From: the human T2T-CHM13v2.0 reference genome, Homo sapiens
Length of the DNA: 64,000 nucleotides
Strand: one strand, 5' to 3'
Assembly: GCF_009914755.1 (NCBI RefSeq)
Contig: NC_060930.1
The stretch's first letter is position 1. The number at the start of each line of letters is the position of its first letter. The notes under the pieces are model-generated. The model ran no database searches. It saw nothing but the letters and a program-made list of their open reading frames with translations, and was not told where the DNA came from. Shown one piece after another: positions 1 through 13,431 of this stretch. The translations under genes and the position numbers were made by a program.

Positions 1-56
1 TTAAAACCCCAAGGGGAAGGTGAAAGTATTTTTAAAGAGATGCTGGGCTGTCCCCT

Positions 57-501
57 AGTAGTTTCCTAGGGCTGCCATACACATCACCCCCAACTGTGGG
101 GCTTAAACAACAAAACAATTGATTCTCTCTCAGTTCTAGGGGCCAGAAGTCTGAAATCAAGGTGTTGGCAGAGCTGTGCCCTCTGAAGTCTCTAGGGGAA
201 AAAATCTTCCATCCCTCTCCCAGCGTCTGATGGCTCCAGGCATTTTTTTGGCCTGGAGCTGCAGAACTGCAGTTTTTGCCTCTGTCTTCACATAACGTTC
301 CTCCCTGTGTGTCTGAGTCTGTCGAATCTCCTTCTGCCTTTCTTTTATAAGGACACCTGTCATTGGATTTAGGGCCCACTGACCATCCGGGATGATCTCA
401 GCCTTAATTACACCTGCAAAAATCCTTTTTCCAAATAAGATCATATTCACAAGTTCTGGTGGGACGTATCCTTTTGGGGGCAGCTAGTCAAACCGCTACT
501 A
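57..501 (-). mobile_element. MaLR LTR, MLT1B/C-like
   Basis: Begins tagtttcctagggctgccat (reverse complement of the MLT1 3' end); contains ccagaagtctgaaatcaaggtgttggcag and ttccaaataagatcatattcaca. Confidence 0.85.
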
Positions 502-729
502 TTTACAGTAATGTTTCAACCAACATGGTGGAAAATGGGCTAAAACCTTTTTGGAGTGGTATTGGTTCTGTTCTACATTTCTGTGTCCTCCAGGCCCCGG
601 ACCTGTCCAGCCAAGGCCCAGAAACCCAGGCACCAAGTCCCATCCCTCCCTTTCTCTCCTCCCCAGTTTCTCACTGCCCGCCCCCCCAACTCTCCCTCCC
701 AAAGCTGAAAATATCCTTTTAAGCACATG

Positions 730-830
730 AACCTGGAGAAGTTAAGCATTTTGTGCATGCAAGGTTATCCAAGTGAGCAGAGGGAGGGCTGGAGCTAGAG
801 TTCCTGATCCCTAATCCAGTGTCCTCTCTG
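730..830 (-). mobile_element. MIR fragment
   Basis: gagaagttaagc...caaggttatccaagtgag...ggagctagagttcctga resembles a degenerate MIR core. Confidence 0.45.
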
Positions 831-1920
831 AAAGAGTTATTCTAGAGTCGAATCGCTAGGTTAGAAAGCGTGGAGAGAAGAGCTTTGGAATTAGAACATG
901 AAGCTTCCCGCACTGCTGGCAGCATTTACGGGCTGTTTCCAAAGAAACCTATCAGCCTGTCAACGTTCCCACAGCCCCTCTTACCTTCCCGGTGTCACAG
1001 GCACCACAATGTGCAGACAAATGCGCTTCTCACAACCTCCTCAGCCAGGAGCTATCCAGGCAGTGTTTCATGTCTCCTGTCCAAAGCGTATGATGGCAGC
1101 GAGTTCCAGGCAGCTGCACCACGGCACTGGCTCTGTGAACTATGCTGTCAATTTTTATTTTAATCCTCCTTTATTCACAGTTTGATTTCATTTAGGATTG
1201 GCCTCACTTCCTGTTCAAATCCCAGGCCTGTGGCCCCACTCTCACTGGCAGAACTGCCTAGTCGTCACTACAAAGAGAGAACTCTGCCCTAGACTCTCGT
1301 AGAGGAGTTTGGCTTTTGTGTTAACTCAATCTTCCTGGGCAGCTCGCAGTCCTAAAGCAGAAGTCAAGAGACAGCGACAAGGAATTCCATCTTTGCTTTC
1401 TGTTGCTTGGAGCTATGCTGATTTGGAAATATTTATTTTTTTTCTTTCCCATATCTGGTTTGCTTTCTCGTGTACGTGAGGAGTAGGAATAAATACACCA
1501 CGAGCAGATATCTGAAATGATCACCTCCTTGAAAATATTTGAAAAGGGAGATTAATAAAGCATTCTGAATCTGCCCTTGGGCTGCTTGTCAAGTGAGAAA
1601 ACACATTTTTTGGTAAAGGACTCCTCTCAGGTCGAATGTGAAGGCTGGAAGCTGATCTTTTCAGCAAACACAAAATGGAAATCTAGTATAGGAAACAGAA
1701 GCGGAGCCGGCGAAGCCCACTGGCCTTCATTTGCAGCGTGGCATCCTACAGTGACCAGCAGGAGGAGGTCAGCCTCGGCAGGGAAGGGCCATGAGTGGCT
1801 TTCTGTCTGGCTGCCTCAAGGGAACACCCCTGAGAGCTGTGGCTGTTGCACTTACATTCTCTGCTTTATTTGATGTAAACCCACCCTAAATGTCTGCCTC
1901 TTTGCAAAGCTCATTTACAG

Positions 1921-2216
1921 TTGTTTGTTTCTTTGTTGAGACAGGGTTTCACTCTATCGCCCAGGCTGGAGTACAGTGGTGTGAACATGGCTCACTGCAG
2001 CCTTGACCTCCTAGGCTCAGGTGATCCTCCTGCCTCAGCTTCCTGAGATTATTGGCATGCACCACCACACCCAGCTAGTTTTTCTATTTTTTGTAGAGAC
2101 AGGGTCTTGCTGTGTTGCCCAGGCTGAGGCTGGTCTTGAACTCATGGACTCAAGCCATCCGCCTGCCTTGGCCTCCCAAGTGCTAGGATTATAGGTGTGA
2201 GCCACTGTGCTGGGCC
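1921..2216 (-). mobile_element. AluJ
   Basis: Dimeric Alu in reverse; J-type gctcactgcagccttgacctcctaggctca. Confidence 0.93.
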
Positions 2217-2799
2217 TTTTTTTGTTTTTTAAACCAGAGAGATTAAAGCCCCTCAAAAAGCAGATGCAACCCTGAGAATAAATGTGCACTGATTTCAAGC
2301 CCAGAGTTCAGGAATAGCCAGGAGATAACGTGAGTTATATACGCACCAAGTAGCACAGGCCATGAAAGACAGCAGGGGTTGGAACTAACCAATTGGAAAC
2401 GTAGCCAGGAGCAAGGTGCAAAAGCAAAAATGGTGTTCCCATCTTCTTGGCTTTCCAACGGGGCTGGAAGTCATAGTGTGCTCCGTCTCAGACTAGAATT
2501 TATATCAGATAGACTCTAAGACAATGACATGCAGATTTTCGAATTTCCCACACTTTTCAAGATCAAATACTATCTTTTCCTATACCTTTCCAGGTTTTCC
2601 TCACCGTTTGCTCCGAATCAACGGCTCCTTCATTTTGTACACCCATGAACAGGACTCTGTCCCTCTTTTGAGGCACACGGAAATGACGAAGTTGAAATAA
2701 ATTAAGACATTTTTGAAAGTTCAGACATAGCTAGTATGATTCAAAGCCAGTGATCCAAACCAGTGATTCTGACACCATGGCCAGTGTTTTCTCTCTTTT

Positions 2800-3160
2800 T
2801 TGGGGGAGGATACATAAGTATTTTAAGTACATAGAGTTTGAATTGCCAACACGACACCCATTTGGGGATTTGCAGTGGGAGGGGAACAGTGAGTCAAGAA
2901 GTAGAGAAAAGTCTAGGCTAGAAATGTTCATTCAGGAGTCATTTGGTTGAAAGTCGTGAGATTGATGAGAATGTTCAGGGAGAGAGTATCAAGGGAAGCA
3001 CAGAAACCTGATGATAAACTTGAAGGAATTACCCAATTTGGGTGTCGAAGGATAAAATGTAAGCAAATAGAAGGGGTAGTCAGAGAGGTGGGAAGAGAAC
3101 CAGAAAAGACTAGTGCCATAGAAACCAAGAGAGTTATAAGTAAGAGGCCGTAGTCAAGAG
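2800..3160 (-). mobile_element. L2 fragment
   Basis: gagtttgaattgcc...aagtctaggctagaaat...ggagtcat matches the reverse of L2 internal consensus. Confidence 0.6.
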
Positions 3161-3254
3161 GATTTAATTGGAATTACTGGTTTGCAGGAGATCAGATCCA
3201 AAAAAGTTGTTTTTTCTTTTTTTTTTTTTTAAGTTAAATAGGCAATTGACCTTA

Positions 3255-3580
3255 GAGATCTTCAGTCTAGGCCTCTTTTCTGAGTTTCTGAGTACTATAT
3301 TTGTATATCAATGTGCTTACTTGACATCCCAAAGGTACCTCAAATCATATATTCTTTCTTTCTCTCTCTCTTTTTTTTGGGCACCAAAGTGGTCAGCAAA
3401 GCAAATCATATATTCTAATGTCCTGAACTTACATCTTCCTCTCTTTACTCCACCCCCCAAATGTGGTGCTCCTCTATGGCTGCTATTTTAGTCAATGTTT
3501 CTACCATCTATTCTGTTATCCAAGAGTAGCCCTTGGCCACACCTTCTTCCTTACCTACTGTATACAATTCAACATCTTCC
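3255..3580 (+). mobile_element. L2 fragment
   Basis: tcttcagtctaggcctcttttctgag...tgcttacttgacatcccaaaggtacctcaaa matches L2 sense consensus. Confidence 0.55.
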
Positions 3581-3625
3581 TAGCTGCAAGGGAGGCTGGG
3601 AAACTGGCTGGCATTGGCTTGGACT

Positions 3626-3846
3626 GGGACTTGGCAAATGTTTTCTGTAAAGGGCCAAATAGTAAATACTGTAGGCTTTGCAGGCCATATGGTCTCTGTC
3701 ACAACTACTAAAATATGCCCTTGCGGTGCAAAAGCAGCTATAGAAAATGAGTAAATGAATGGGCACATCTGTATGCCAATAAAACTTTGTTTATAATACC
3801 AAGAGCTGGGCTGGATTTGACCCAGGGGTAATTTGCCAACTCGTGC
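3626..3846. mobile_element. MER58A (hAT-Charlie MITE)
   Basis: ttggcaaatgttttctgtaaagggccaaatagtaaata...caataaaactttgttt...tttgccaac; inverted termini ttggcaaa/tttgccaa. Confidence 0.88.
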
Positions 3847-4057
3847 CAACAAAACATGGCCTGTTCTGAAGAGCTGGGAACATCATATTTCCAAACAAAG
3901 TCATGATTCTGTAAACTAAAAGCCAGAGGGTATTTAGTGGTGGGTATTCAGTGTCTGCTACCCTGGTCAGTAGGATTTACTTCTCTGGGATGGGAACTCC
4001 CTATAACAACTATCTATCAACTATTGGAGGTTTTTGTTGAATTATGGAAACTCTACT

Positions 4058-4090
4058 TTTGTGTGTGTGTGTGTGCACGCGTGTGTGTTT
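4058..4090. repeat. (TG)n microsatellite at an Alu tail
   Basis: tgtgtgtgtgtgtgtgcacgcgtgtgtg. Confidence 0.85.
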
Positions 4091-4094
4091 ATGT

Positions 4095-4389
4095 GTTTAA
4101 GACAGGGTCTAGCTCTGTCTAGGCTGGAGTGAAGTGACACGACCACGGCTCACCATAGCTTTGACCTCCTGGGCTCAAGCAATCCTTCCACCTCAGCCTC
4201 TTGAGTAGCTAGGACCACAGGCACACACAACCATGCCTGTCTAATTTTGGGGGTTTTTTAGTAGAGCTAGTAGAGACAAGGTCTTGCTATGTTGCCCAGG
4301 CTGGTCTTGAAGTCCTGAGCTCAAAGCAGTCATCCTGCCTCAGCCTCCTAAAGTGCTGGGATTACACGTGTGAGCCACTGTGCCTGGCC
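4095..4389 (-). mobile_element. AluJ
   Basis: Reverse Alu with J diagnostics (ttgacctcctgggctcaagcaatcc). Confidence 0.9.
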
Positions 4390-4391
4390 TA

Positions 4392-4719
<328 letters not shown>

Positions 4720-6009
4720 TACTTTTGGTTTTTGATAAAGGGTACGGTTGAATGTTTTTTTCTTCTTCTAGCTATTGCTGGTTAAAGACTTAGTCGTTCT
4801 GACCACTGACTTTGGAAAAGGGCCCCACTAATTCTACCAATCACTAAATTATCCAATTTCTAAACTGATGCTCTGGCTCTAGAAACTTGATGGAAGGAAA
4901 AGTAAGACTGAAATAGCTGGAGGGAGCTGTGAGGGCAGAGCACCTGCGCTGGTGTGTATGTTAATTTGTTTGGAAATATTTATCTATGCATACATAGATG
5001 GTACTCTTGATGAGTAACTATATTTGTGCTGCACTTACATGCTTTTTCTCCGCCGTTAATGCAATCAGTGCACATTATAGAGGCATGAATATGCAAATGT
5101 TGAATAAAGCTTGAATTTTTAAATTAAAAAAGCTAAATCAGGGGAATTATAAGCACCCAATTTAACATTTTAAATATGAAATGAAATGTTCTCCTTCATT
5201 CCCATTCATTGCCAACAAAAATTCGTGGATTTTGTTGATATTCAGCAAGGAACTTGATTATTTTATCCCGATCTGTTTTTGAAGGAGTTGGCTTGGGTTT
5301 TGGAGAGATCAAGACAAGTGGAGGATGGGGGAGAAGTGTAAGTCTTGAGGAAAATGTCTAAAGAACGACTTTTTTTCCTGTCCTGTTTGATGTCGTTGCC
5401 GCACGAAGCAGCTTATTGCTTGTGTACTTGCAAAGGGTATCAGCATATAAATACTCAGTTGGGAATTAAATTTCCGAAAAGAAGCATTTTCCCCACTCAA
5501 TTTTCTCTTAATTCAGAAAAATTACTTTTAAATTGATGAAGCACAGCAGCTTATAACAGTTACATTTTTCTCCCCCAGGAATAAATATAGGCTTCTCCCT
5601 GCTCCCTTTTCAACCTGGTAAACAAACCCTCTCTCTTCAGGCTTGACTTTCCGAAGAGGAAAACGAGCCTCTGTACTGGTTTGGGATTAAAGAGTCTGCA
5701 CTACAATCGGCTGATGATTTATTAAACATTTCCTCATGTGGAAATCAGTACCGTCCATAATTAAATTACGAAGACCTATGCCAGGCCCTTTGGAGTTTAG
5801 AATCTTCCATGGTCTAAGCAGCTGGGTGAACTTGGCCTAGTGGCTGGTCATGATATCAATAGTAATTGTACCTTATAATTATGAGGCACTTTATTCAAAG
5901 TACTTCTGCCTGTGTGTCCTGGTTTAGTTTGAAACCTACCTCTGGGCCTCAGGGGAAGAATGGATTAGGCCACCTCTAAGTCCCCTATGGAGCTACTGCT
6001 GTGAGTTCT

Positions 6010-6010
6010 T

Positions 6011-6042
<32 letters not shown>

Positions 6043-6322
6043 TGGAGTATCGCTCTGTCACCCAGGGTGGAGTGCAGCAGCATGATCTCGGCTCACTGCA
6101 ACCTCCGCCTCCCAGGTTCAAGCAATTCTCCTGCCTCAGCCTCCGAGTCGCTGGAGCTACAGGCACACGCTGCCAGGCCCAGCTAATTTTTTTGTGTGTT
6201 TTAGTAGAGACGGGGTTTCACCATGTTGCCCAGGCTGGTTGCGAACTCCTGAGCTCAGGCAATCCGCTCGCCTTGGCCTCCCAAAGTGCTGGGATTGCAG
6301 GCATGAGCCACTGCGCTCAGCC
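6010..6322 (-). mobile_element. AluS with 13-bp TSD
   Basis: Poly-T tail; TSD tgctgtgagttct at 5997-6009 and 6323-6335. Confidence 0.95.
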
Positions 6323-6853
6323 TGCTGTGAGTTCTATAAGGTATTGAAGTGGAGAAAAAGGGAGAGGGCTAGGCTAACGATAATGACATCAGATTTAAGT
6401 TTAATTTATATACTGGTGTGAACAAGTAGGAAATCCTGTGTGCAGTGACAAAACCAACGCTTGATCCCTGCTTTCCAATAAGCATTAGTATTTATAAAGC
6501 TTTGCACTTTGGCTTCCTGGACTGGTCATTTTATAAAGGAAATTCCTCCTACAGTTTATCTTATCCTCAGTATTTTACACCAAGTATTACTCTCAAAGCT
6601 CAAAGCATGCAATCTGAAATTCTTTGGAGAACTTTTTCCATTGCTGTAGGAAGTCTGAAGTCCTTCCTGCTACAATGGAAGAAGAAAGAAGTGCTCAAGG
6701 AGTGACTGAATCACCTAAGTTAGCATTAAATTCATAGCTACAGAAAAACCATGTCTCTCTATTCTCTTGTCTTCTCTGAGATGGAGGGCTGGCAAATGTT
6801 ATTTTGTAATATCCAGTTTCAACTAAATGTTGCTTTTATTTAAACACAAGTGA

Positions 6854-7360
<507 letters not shown>

Positions 7361-8929
7361 AGAATATTTTTAAGTCCTAAATATCTGAGTGTATGCAGAA
7401 GGTTCAGCTCGGCTGTTTCAAACTCTATGAAACTGAGCTTATGGGATCAATCATATTATTGAATCACAGAATGGTATATAAGGAAAGAATTTTAGAGCCC
7501 ATATAGTTAGTGCTACTTTTAAAAGAAATCCTCAGTTTTGTAAAGGAGGTGAATAAGTCCTTTGAGGAACCTGAAATTATTCAGGGCCAACATAACTTTA
7601 GTATTCTCTGCCCAAACAACTCTGAATAGTGGTGGCTTCGGTCTTGGCTGCCCTTTTCTTGTTGAGAAAGAATCCTTGTATGCACAAACACATTCATCCA
7701 GCATTGAAATGAAAACATCTCTTACATTGTCACGCGCAGAAACATCCCAATACTCACAGTCCTTTTAACCTACAAAAGGAGGAATTCTGTGGCATCAGCC
7801 ACTGCAGAACAGAAAGGTGGAGTTTGTGGAGAGGGCGCGATAAGGTCTACTTCCAACTTGAAACACGACAACGGTGAAATGAGTCATGCTAAAACTCTTT
7901 GGGTTTCCTGGGAGAGGCATTTCATTAGGGCTGTCTGTGTGGATATGGGTTAATCCCAGGTACTTGTAAGGTGGTGTGATTCTGCATATCAACACAGCAA
8001 GGAGCACAGGAGACACTCTGTCAACATGCATAACCATTAGTCCATCTACAGCTGATGCCTCTGAGTCATCTTATTGAGAATCAGGGCAACCCGAATAAAT
8101 TTCTCCCTAGCAGTACAGATGGATACCAGGAAACCAAGCAGATGCATTGTAGCTAATCAGGCAGAGGCACAGCAGGGTAACAAGAAGCTAAGATTCACAT
8201 GCCTTCATGAACCTTAATTAAAGAGCTCAGTGCCTCCTTTTGTTTTATCTGTTGCCAGTGTTTTGTCTCCTATTGTGACAGGTTTTTTTTTGTTTGTTTG
8301 TTTTTTGTTTTTTTCAAGTAACCATCAATTTGCTGTGATAATCTAATGAGGAGACAGAACAGTCCTATCTATGTATGTGAAAGAGTAGGGATGGTTATGG
8401 CTGCCCAAGAGTTAAAGAGCCGCTGCTCCTGCAGCTGCAAACCAACCTCACAAGAGCCAACTAGAAGGGAGGCAGGAGAGAGGGTGGGAGGAATCCAGGA
8501 TACCGCAGGACTCATCTCACATTGTCTTCTGCAATCACCAATAAAAACCCAAAACCAAATGTCTTTAAGGGAGAGAGAGCTAAATTATTGAGCAAGCTCT
8601 TAACAGCAGGCAAGTAGAAAAGGCATCTGCAGATCTGTGCTTCACACCCCAGTAATAAATACAGTGTTGAGAGAAGAAATCTGTCCAAGCAAACTCACAG
8701 GGATGGGGACAGACTCTGCTATCAGTCTCCTCTGACGCGCAAAGATTTGAGGCAAAGGTTGTTGGCTGGGCCCGATGCCCTTCCATGTGAGCTGGGAGGG
8801 GTGACCGGGGTGAGAAGATACCAAAGCCCATAAATAACTAGATTTCCTGTAGTTGAGGGATTAACCCCACAGCAGTTCAAGAGAAGCCAAGGAAAAACTG
8901 GTCCCTGCGGAGTATTACAAACATATCTC

Positions 8930-9095
8930 TGGGCAGAATTTCAGTTTTGCAAGATGGAAAGAGTTTTATGGACGGAGGGTGGTGATGGTTGTACAACCAT
9001 GTGAACACATGTAATGCCACTTAACTGTACGCTTGAAAATTGGTGAAGATGGTCAATTTTATGTTAACGTGTATTTTACCACAATTTAAAAAAAG
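8930..9095 (+). mobile_element. L1MB-type 3' end
   Basis: tttcagttttgcaagatggaaagagtt...ggtggtgatggttgtacaac...tattttaccacaatttaaaaaaa. Confidence 0.85.
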
Positions 9096-9151
9096 TATCT
9101 AGTATCTCCACGCGGTGTCTGGATTAAAGGGGTAAATGTGCCGCTCCTCAG

Positions 9152-9248
9152 AGCAAGTTCCTTGAGGGCAGGAATAACTATTTATTTGCCTTGCTCTCTC
9201 TAGTTCTGGGAATATCGTTGGCACATGGTACTCTGCTCAATAAAAGAG
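9152..9248 (+). mobile_element. L2 3' end
   Basis: aagttccttgagggcagg...tggcacatggtactctgctcaataaa. Confidence 0.7.
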
Positions 9249-12200
9249 CATAGTTATCTGCTCTGTTTCTTGGGCTTAGTTTTGTGGATGCTTCTAAATG
9301 ACACAATCTCACATGTGTGGCTGGAAGGCAATGGAAAGAGGCATTGCATCCTAACAATTTGCATGTCAAGGTAGTTGGGTAGTCTTGGAAAGAACATTGA
9401 ATTATAAAGCAGAAGCCCTGAGTTCTATTTGTAGTCCATGTTTTAAATTCAAAGTTCATTGGCCAAGACATTTAAATTCAAAAGTTCATCGGCCAACTCT
9501 CTGGCCCAGTTTCTCAGGACAATCCTGTTTGATGGTGTACTCATGGGCTAGACAAGCTGCTATAGGCTATGTTGCCCCTTTACATCTTCATCATACTTAA
9601 ATCTAGATAAATTCATATTTTTAGATGACAGCCTCATGCCCCTCCCTCTGTCATCCCCCCAAAGCAATGAACTCCAATTGTAGAGATTAAAGAGACCAGA
9701 GGTGTCAAGAAATGAAGATACCTAGTTTGGGCAGTGGGCCTAGGTGTGAGATCAGCCCTGTTTTAAAATCCAATAATTCACTGCCCCAACTGTGGCTGTT
9801 CAGAAGAGCTGTGCTCACTCACACATCACTAAGAGTGTGCAATCACAGTGGTCGAGGCTCAGTGACCTTATTCACTCATCCTGCAGGGCCTGCTTGACTT
9901 GCAACTCTCTGCTCCTTTCCCCCGGCTCTCGGGCCATCTGGCTTCATATTTTGGATCGTGATATTGATCTCAGGTCCGCCATGTTTTGGTGACCCATTGG
10001 ACTCTTCCCTGCATGCTTCTCTGTAGAACACAATAGATCCAAAATGGTGATAAAAATGAGTCTTGACATGTGTGAGTTGATGCCTGGTGTTTAGTCAATT
10101 ACAATTAGTAAGTTATTAAGTCAGGCCAGAAATAGAAGCATAGATTGGTTTTATTGTAATCTCAAATCTCACAAAAGACCAGCAGACAAACTATGAGGAT
10201 TTCTGCAGCCCTCATTTGGAGAAGCCCACCATACATTTTCTTCTAAAAGTGATGGGATATCACTTTTGAGATTTTGCAGAGTGTGACTTCTGATGAAAAG
10301 AGACTTTGGAAGATGCCATTCCATGGCTCCCTTCTCTTCATTTGCTAGTAGGTTTTTCTTTAAAGTATACATCTTTCAAAAGGACAAAATGCTTTTTTAT
10401 CATTAGCTTAGTTCCTTGTGAACCAGGGTATGGGACTCATAAAAGAAATGACATCATATATGAATGAAGATTGACTCCATTTTAAATCAAACTGGTTGAA
10501 GGCACCTTGATTTCCTTGAAAGTAAATCTTGAAACATATCCTTCTCCGTTCTTGACTTTTTGACCTATATTGCAGATCTGGAATCCCGAGTGGAAAGCAT
10601 GAGTGTAGATCAGTCATTTTGACTGGAGATATCAGTTGGCTGGCCTGGAGACCCCTTAGGTTCTGGAAACCTTCGGCCTACAGCTCATGTGTTAATTTAG
10701 GTTTGTCATGCAAATATTCCTGTACTCCCAAACTACGTCAGATTTGCCAAAGTGCACTTTGGGCATCTGAGTGCAGGGTTGTTATACCCTGTACACACTA
10801 TTGTGTATGTATCTCTAAAGGGCTGATGGTTTGCTTAATGATTCTCAGTAGAACACCTTGGAGAATTACACCCCTATATATTCTCATCAATCCTCCACTG
10901 GTATTGATAATGTTGGTTGGGATTTGTGTTCATCATCTACTAGTGACTCAGCATTTGAGGCTAAATGAGAGTATGCTGAATTTGCTCCAAGGACATAATA
11001 GAAAAGTGCTGGAGTTTAAGGAGCTGGTGTATAGCCCTTGCATTTTTTATTTCTTATCCTTATGATTCAGCCAAAGACAAAAATTGAAATTTCACTGGTT
11101 GGGTGCTGACCATCAGCCTGGAAGCTGGGGAAAACTGCACAGAAGGCAGAGGTCACCGCTCATTTCTGAGAATATAAATGTAAATGGCAGAGAAGGAAGT
11201 TAATAAGTGAGTGACAGAAACAAGTGAACACATCCACAATCAACGATCTTCCCATTGTATGGCTTAAAGATCACCTTTAAATGAGCAGACTGATTTAGGG
11301 GGCATTTTATCTGCTTCTAGGGTACTCCTGCTACAGTTTTCCATTTGAAACCCATGCCTATTTGAATCAATTTTTTTTTCTAATTCATCAGATGAAGTCG
11401 GTTAGTTTAGTCAGATTTTAGCCACACATACTCCAAGCTAGTGAATGATTTTACTGTTCACTCTTTTAGGCCTCGGGATGGAGTTCACAGAATTTTAGAA
11501 AACCCAGATGTATGGAGTGAGGAACAAGCTGATGATGTGTGTCCCATGACTCCTCCCTCTCCACCCCACCCGCATCTCCCACATGTACTCTGCCCTTCAG
11601 AAGTGTGTGGTGTGACAAGGAATATTAATGTGACCACTGAAATGGAATGAATAGAATCTGGGTGGGGCACAGGCCTCTGGCCCCTCTGGCCCTTCCCACT
11701 GCCTGTCTCTACCCCACTTTCATGCTTATCTAACCCCTCCCAACCAGTCACAACCCAGCCTCTTGGGAAATCAAGACCTTGGAAGCTTATTATGTGACCG
11801 TGTCCTCAGGCTTCTGGTCCTTTAGCTCTTCTCTTTCCTGATTGATTGGAAGGCCTTTCTCCACTTATCACCAGAGCTTTGTCACTGCTCCCTCCCCCTT
11901 TTACAGATAGCTCTGGGATGCATCAGAACCCAACTGTCCTTGTCAGCCTTCCTTTGAACCTTTGTAAGGACAGCGCAGTGCAGAGTTGTTTTAAGAATTT
12001 CCTATGTGCACCGCAGAAGGGGTTTGGAAAACCCAGGATGGGGCTGATTAGGGGGATGGGCGTGGTACTTGCCTTCCCCTTACATACGTGGCCTGTGATA
12101 TTTGTGATGTTGAGATTGCCTTAGGTGATTGTGTGAGAACTTCTCCTTGTAATAACTGTGTTCCGTTTCTCTTCCCAGAGCTCATCTCGTGAGCAAAATT

Positions 12201-12334
12201 CCCATTTCTAAACATCTCCTTTATAAATATCCTGAACTCAATGGTCTCTTAAGAGTTTCTGGGTATTTAGCAGAATCTCAAGGGGCCAGACCGTGGGTTA
12301 ACTATTAGAACTACTTAAGTAGTTAGGGTTCTGA

Positions 12335-12420
12335 AATGGAATGAACTGGATGCCTCAGGAGGCAGTGAGTCTCCCCATGGCAGGAGAAGTTAAAGCAGAA
12401 ACTGGTGAGGATGCTGTGGA
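12335..12420 (+). mobile_element. L3/CR1 3' fragment
   Basis: atggaatg...tgcctcaggaggcagtgagtctcccc...aagcagaaactgg resembles the CR1/L3 3' region. Confidence 0.5.
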
Positions 12421-13080
12421 GGAGACAGAAGTGTCAACTAGGTACAGGTGGCACAGGTGGCAAGCAGCCTCTGAGATGGCACCCAATGACCCCACTTCCT
12501 AGTATGCATGCCCTTATGGAATCCTTTCCTCTTAAGTGTGAGTTGCATCTAATGACCTTCTCTAAGTGAATAGACAGTGATGGGATATGACGTCTGAGCC
12601 TAGTTTGCATACGAGTGTAACTTCTGTTTTGCTCTCATTCTCTCTCTTGTCCTTTCCTTTGCTTACTTGATGAAGCTGTCAGAAGTGTTCAAACCAGAGT
12701 GACTCCATTTTGAGTGAGGGCTAGGAAAAATGAGGCTGGGACTTGCTGGGCTGCATTCCCAGAAAGTCAGGCATTCAGAGCCTCTAGATGTTTACAGTTA
12801 AGGGAACAGATTGATAATGTTTACTAAACAGACCCAGACTTGGGAGTGTCCTAATATCCTGATATCTTGAGAACGAAGGCATTCTAATTTTGCTTTAAAG
12901 ATAATAATATTAATTCTTACAAAATGAGTAATTAAGAAAATTAATCCTTTGTCACAAACTCTTGTAGCAGAGCATATCTCCCCATAATCTTTTTTTATCC
13001 TATATACACGAACATTGTACCTAGGGTGGATGCATTCCTCCTCTTACTTTTGGGAACACCCTACTCTGTCTATGGAGTAG

Positions 13081-13423
<343 letters not shown>

Positions 13424-13431
13424 ACTACTTT

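Noticed and set aside
5084-5600. Immunoglobulin V-gene promoter/segment
   Set aside because: No leader exon, V-domain ORF or RSS downstream of the octamer.
10619-11065. 148-aa ORF in unique DNA
   Set aside because: Non-ATG start, no recognisable domain or splice context; length compatible with chance.
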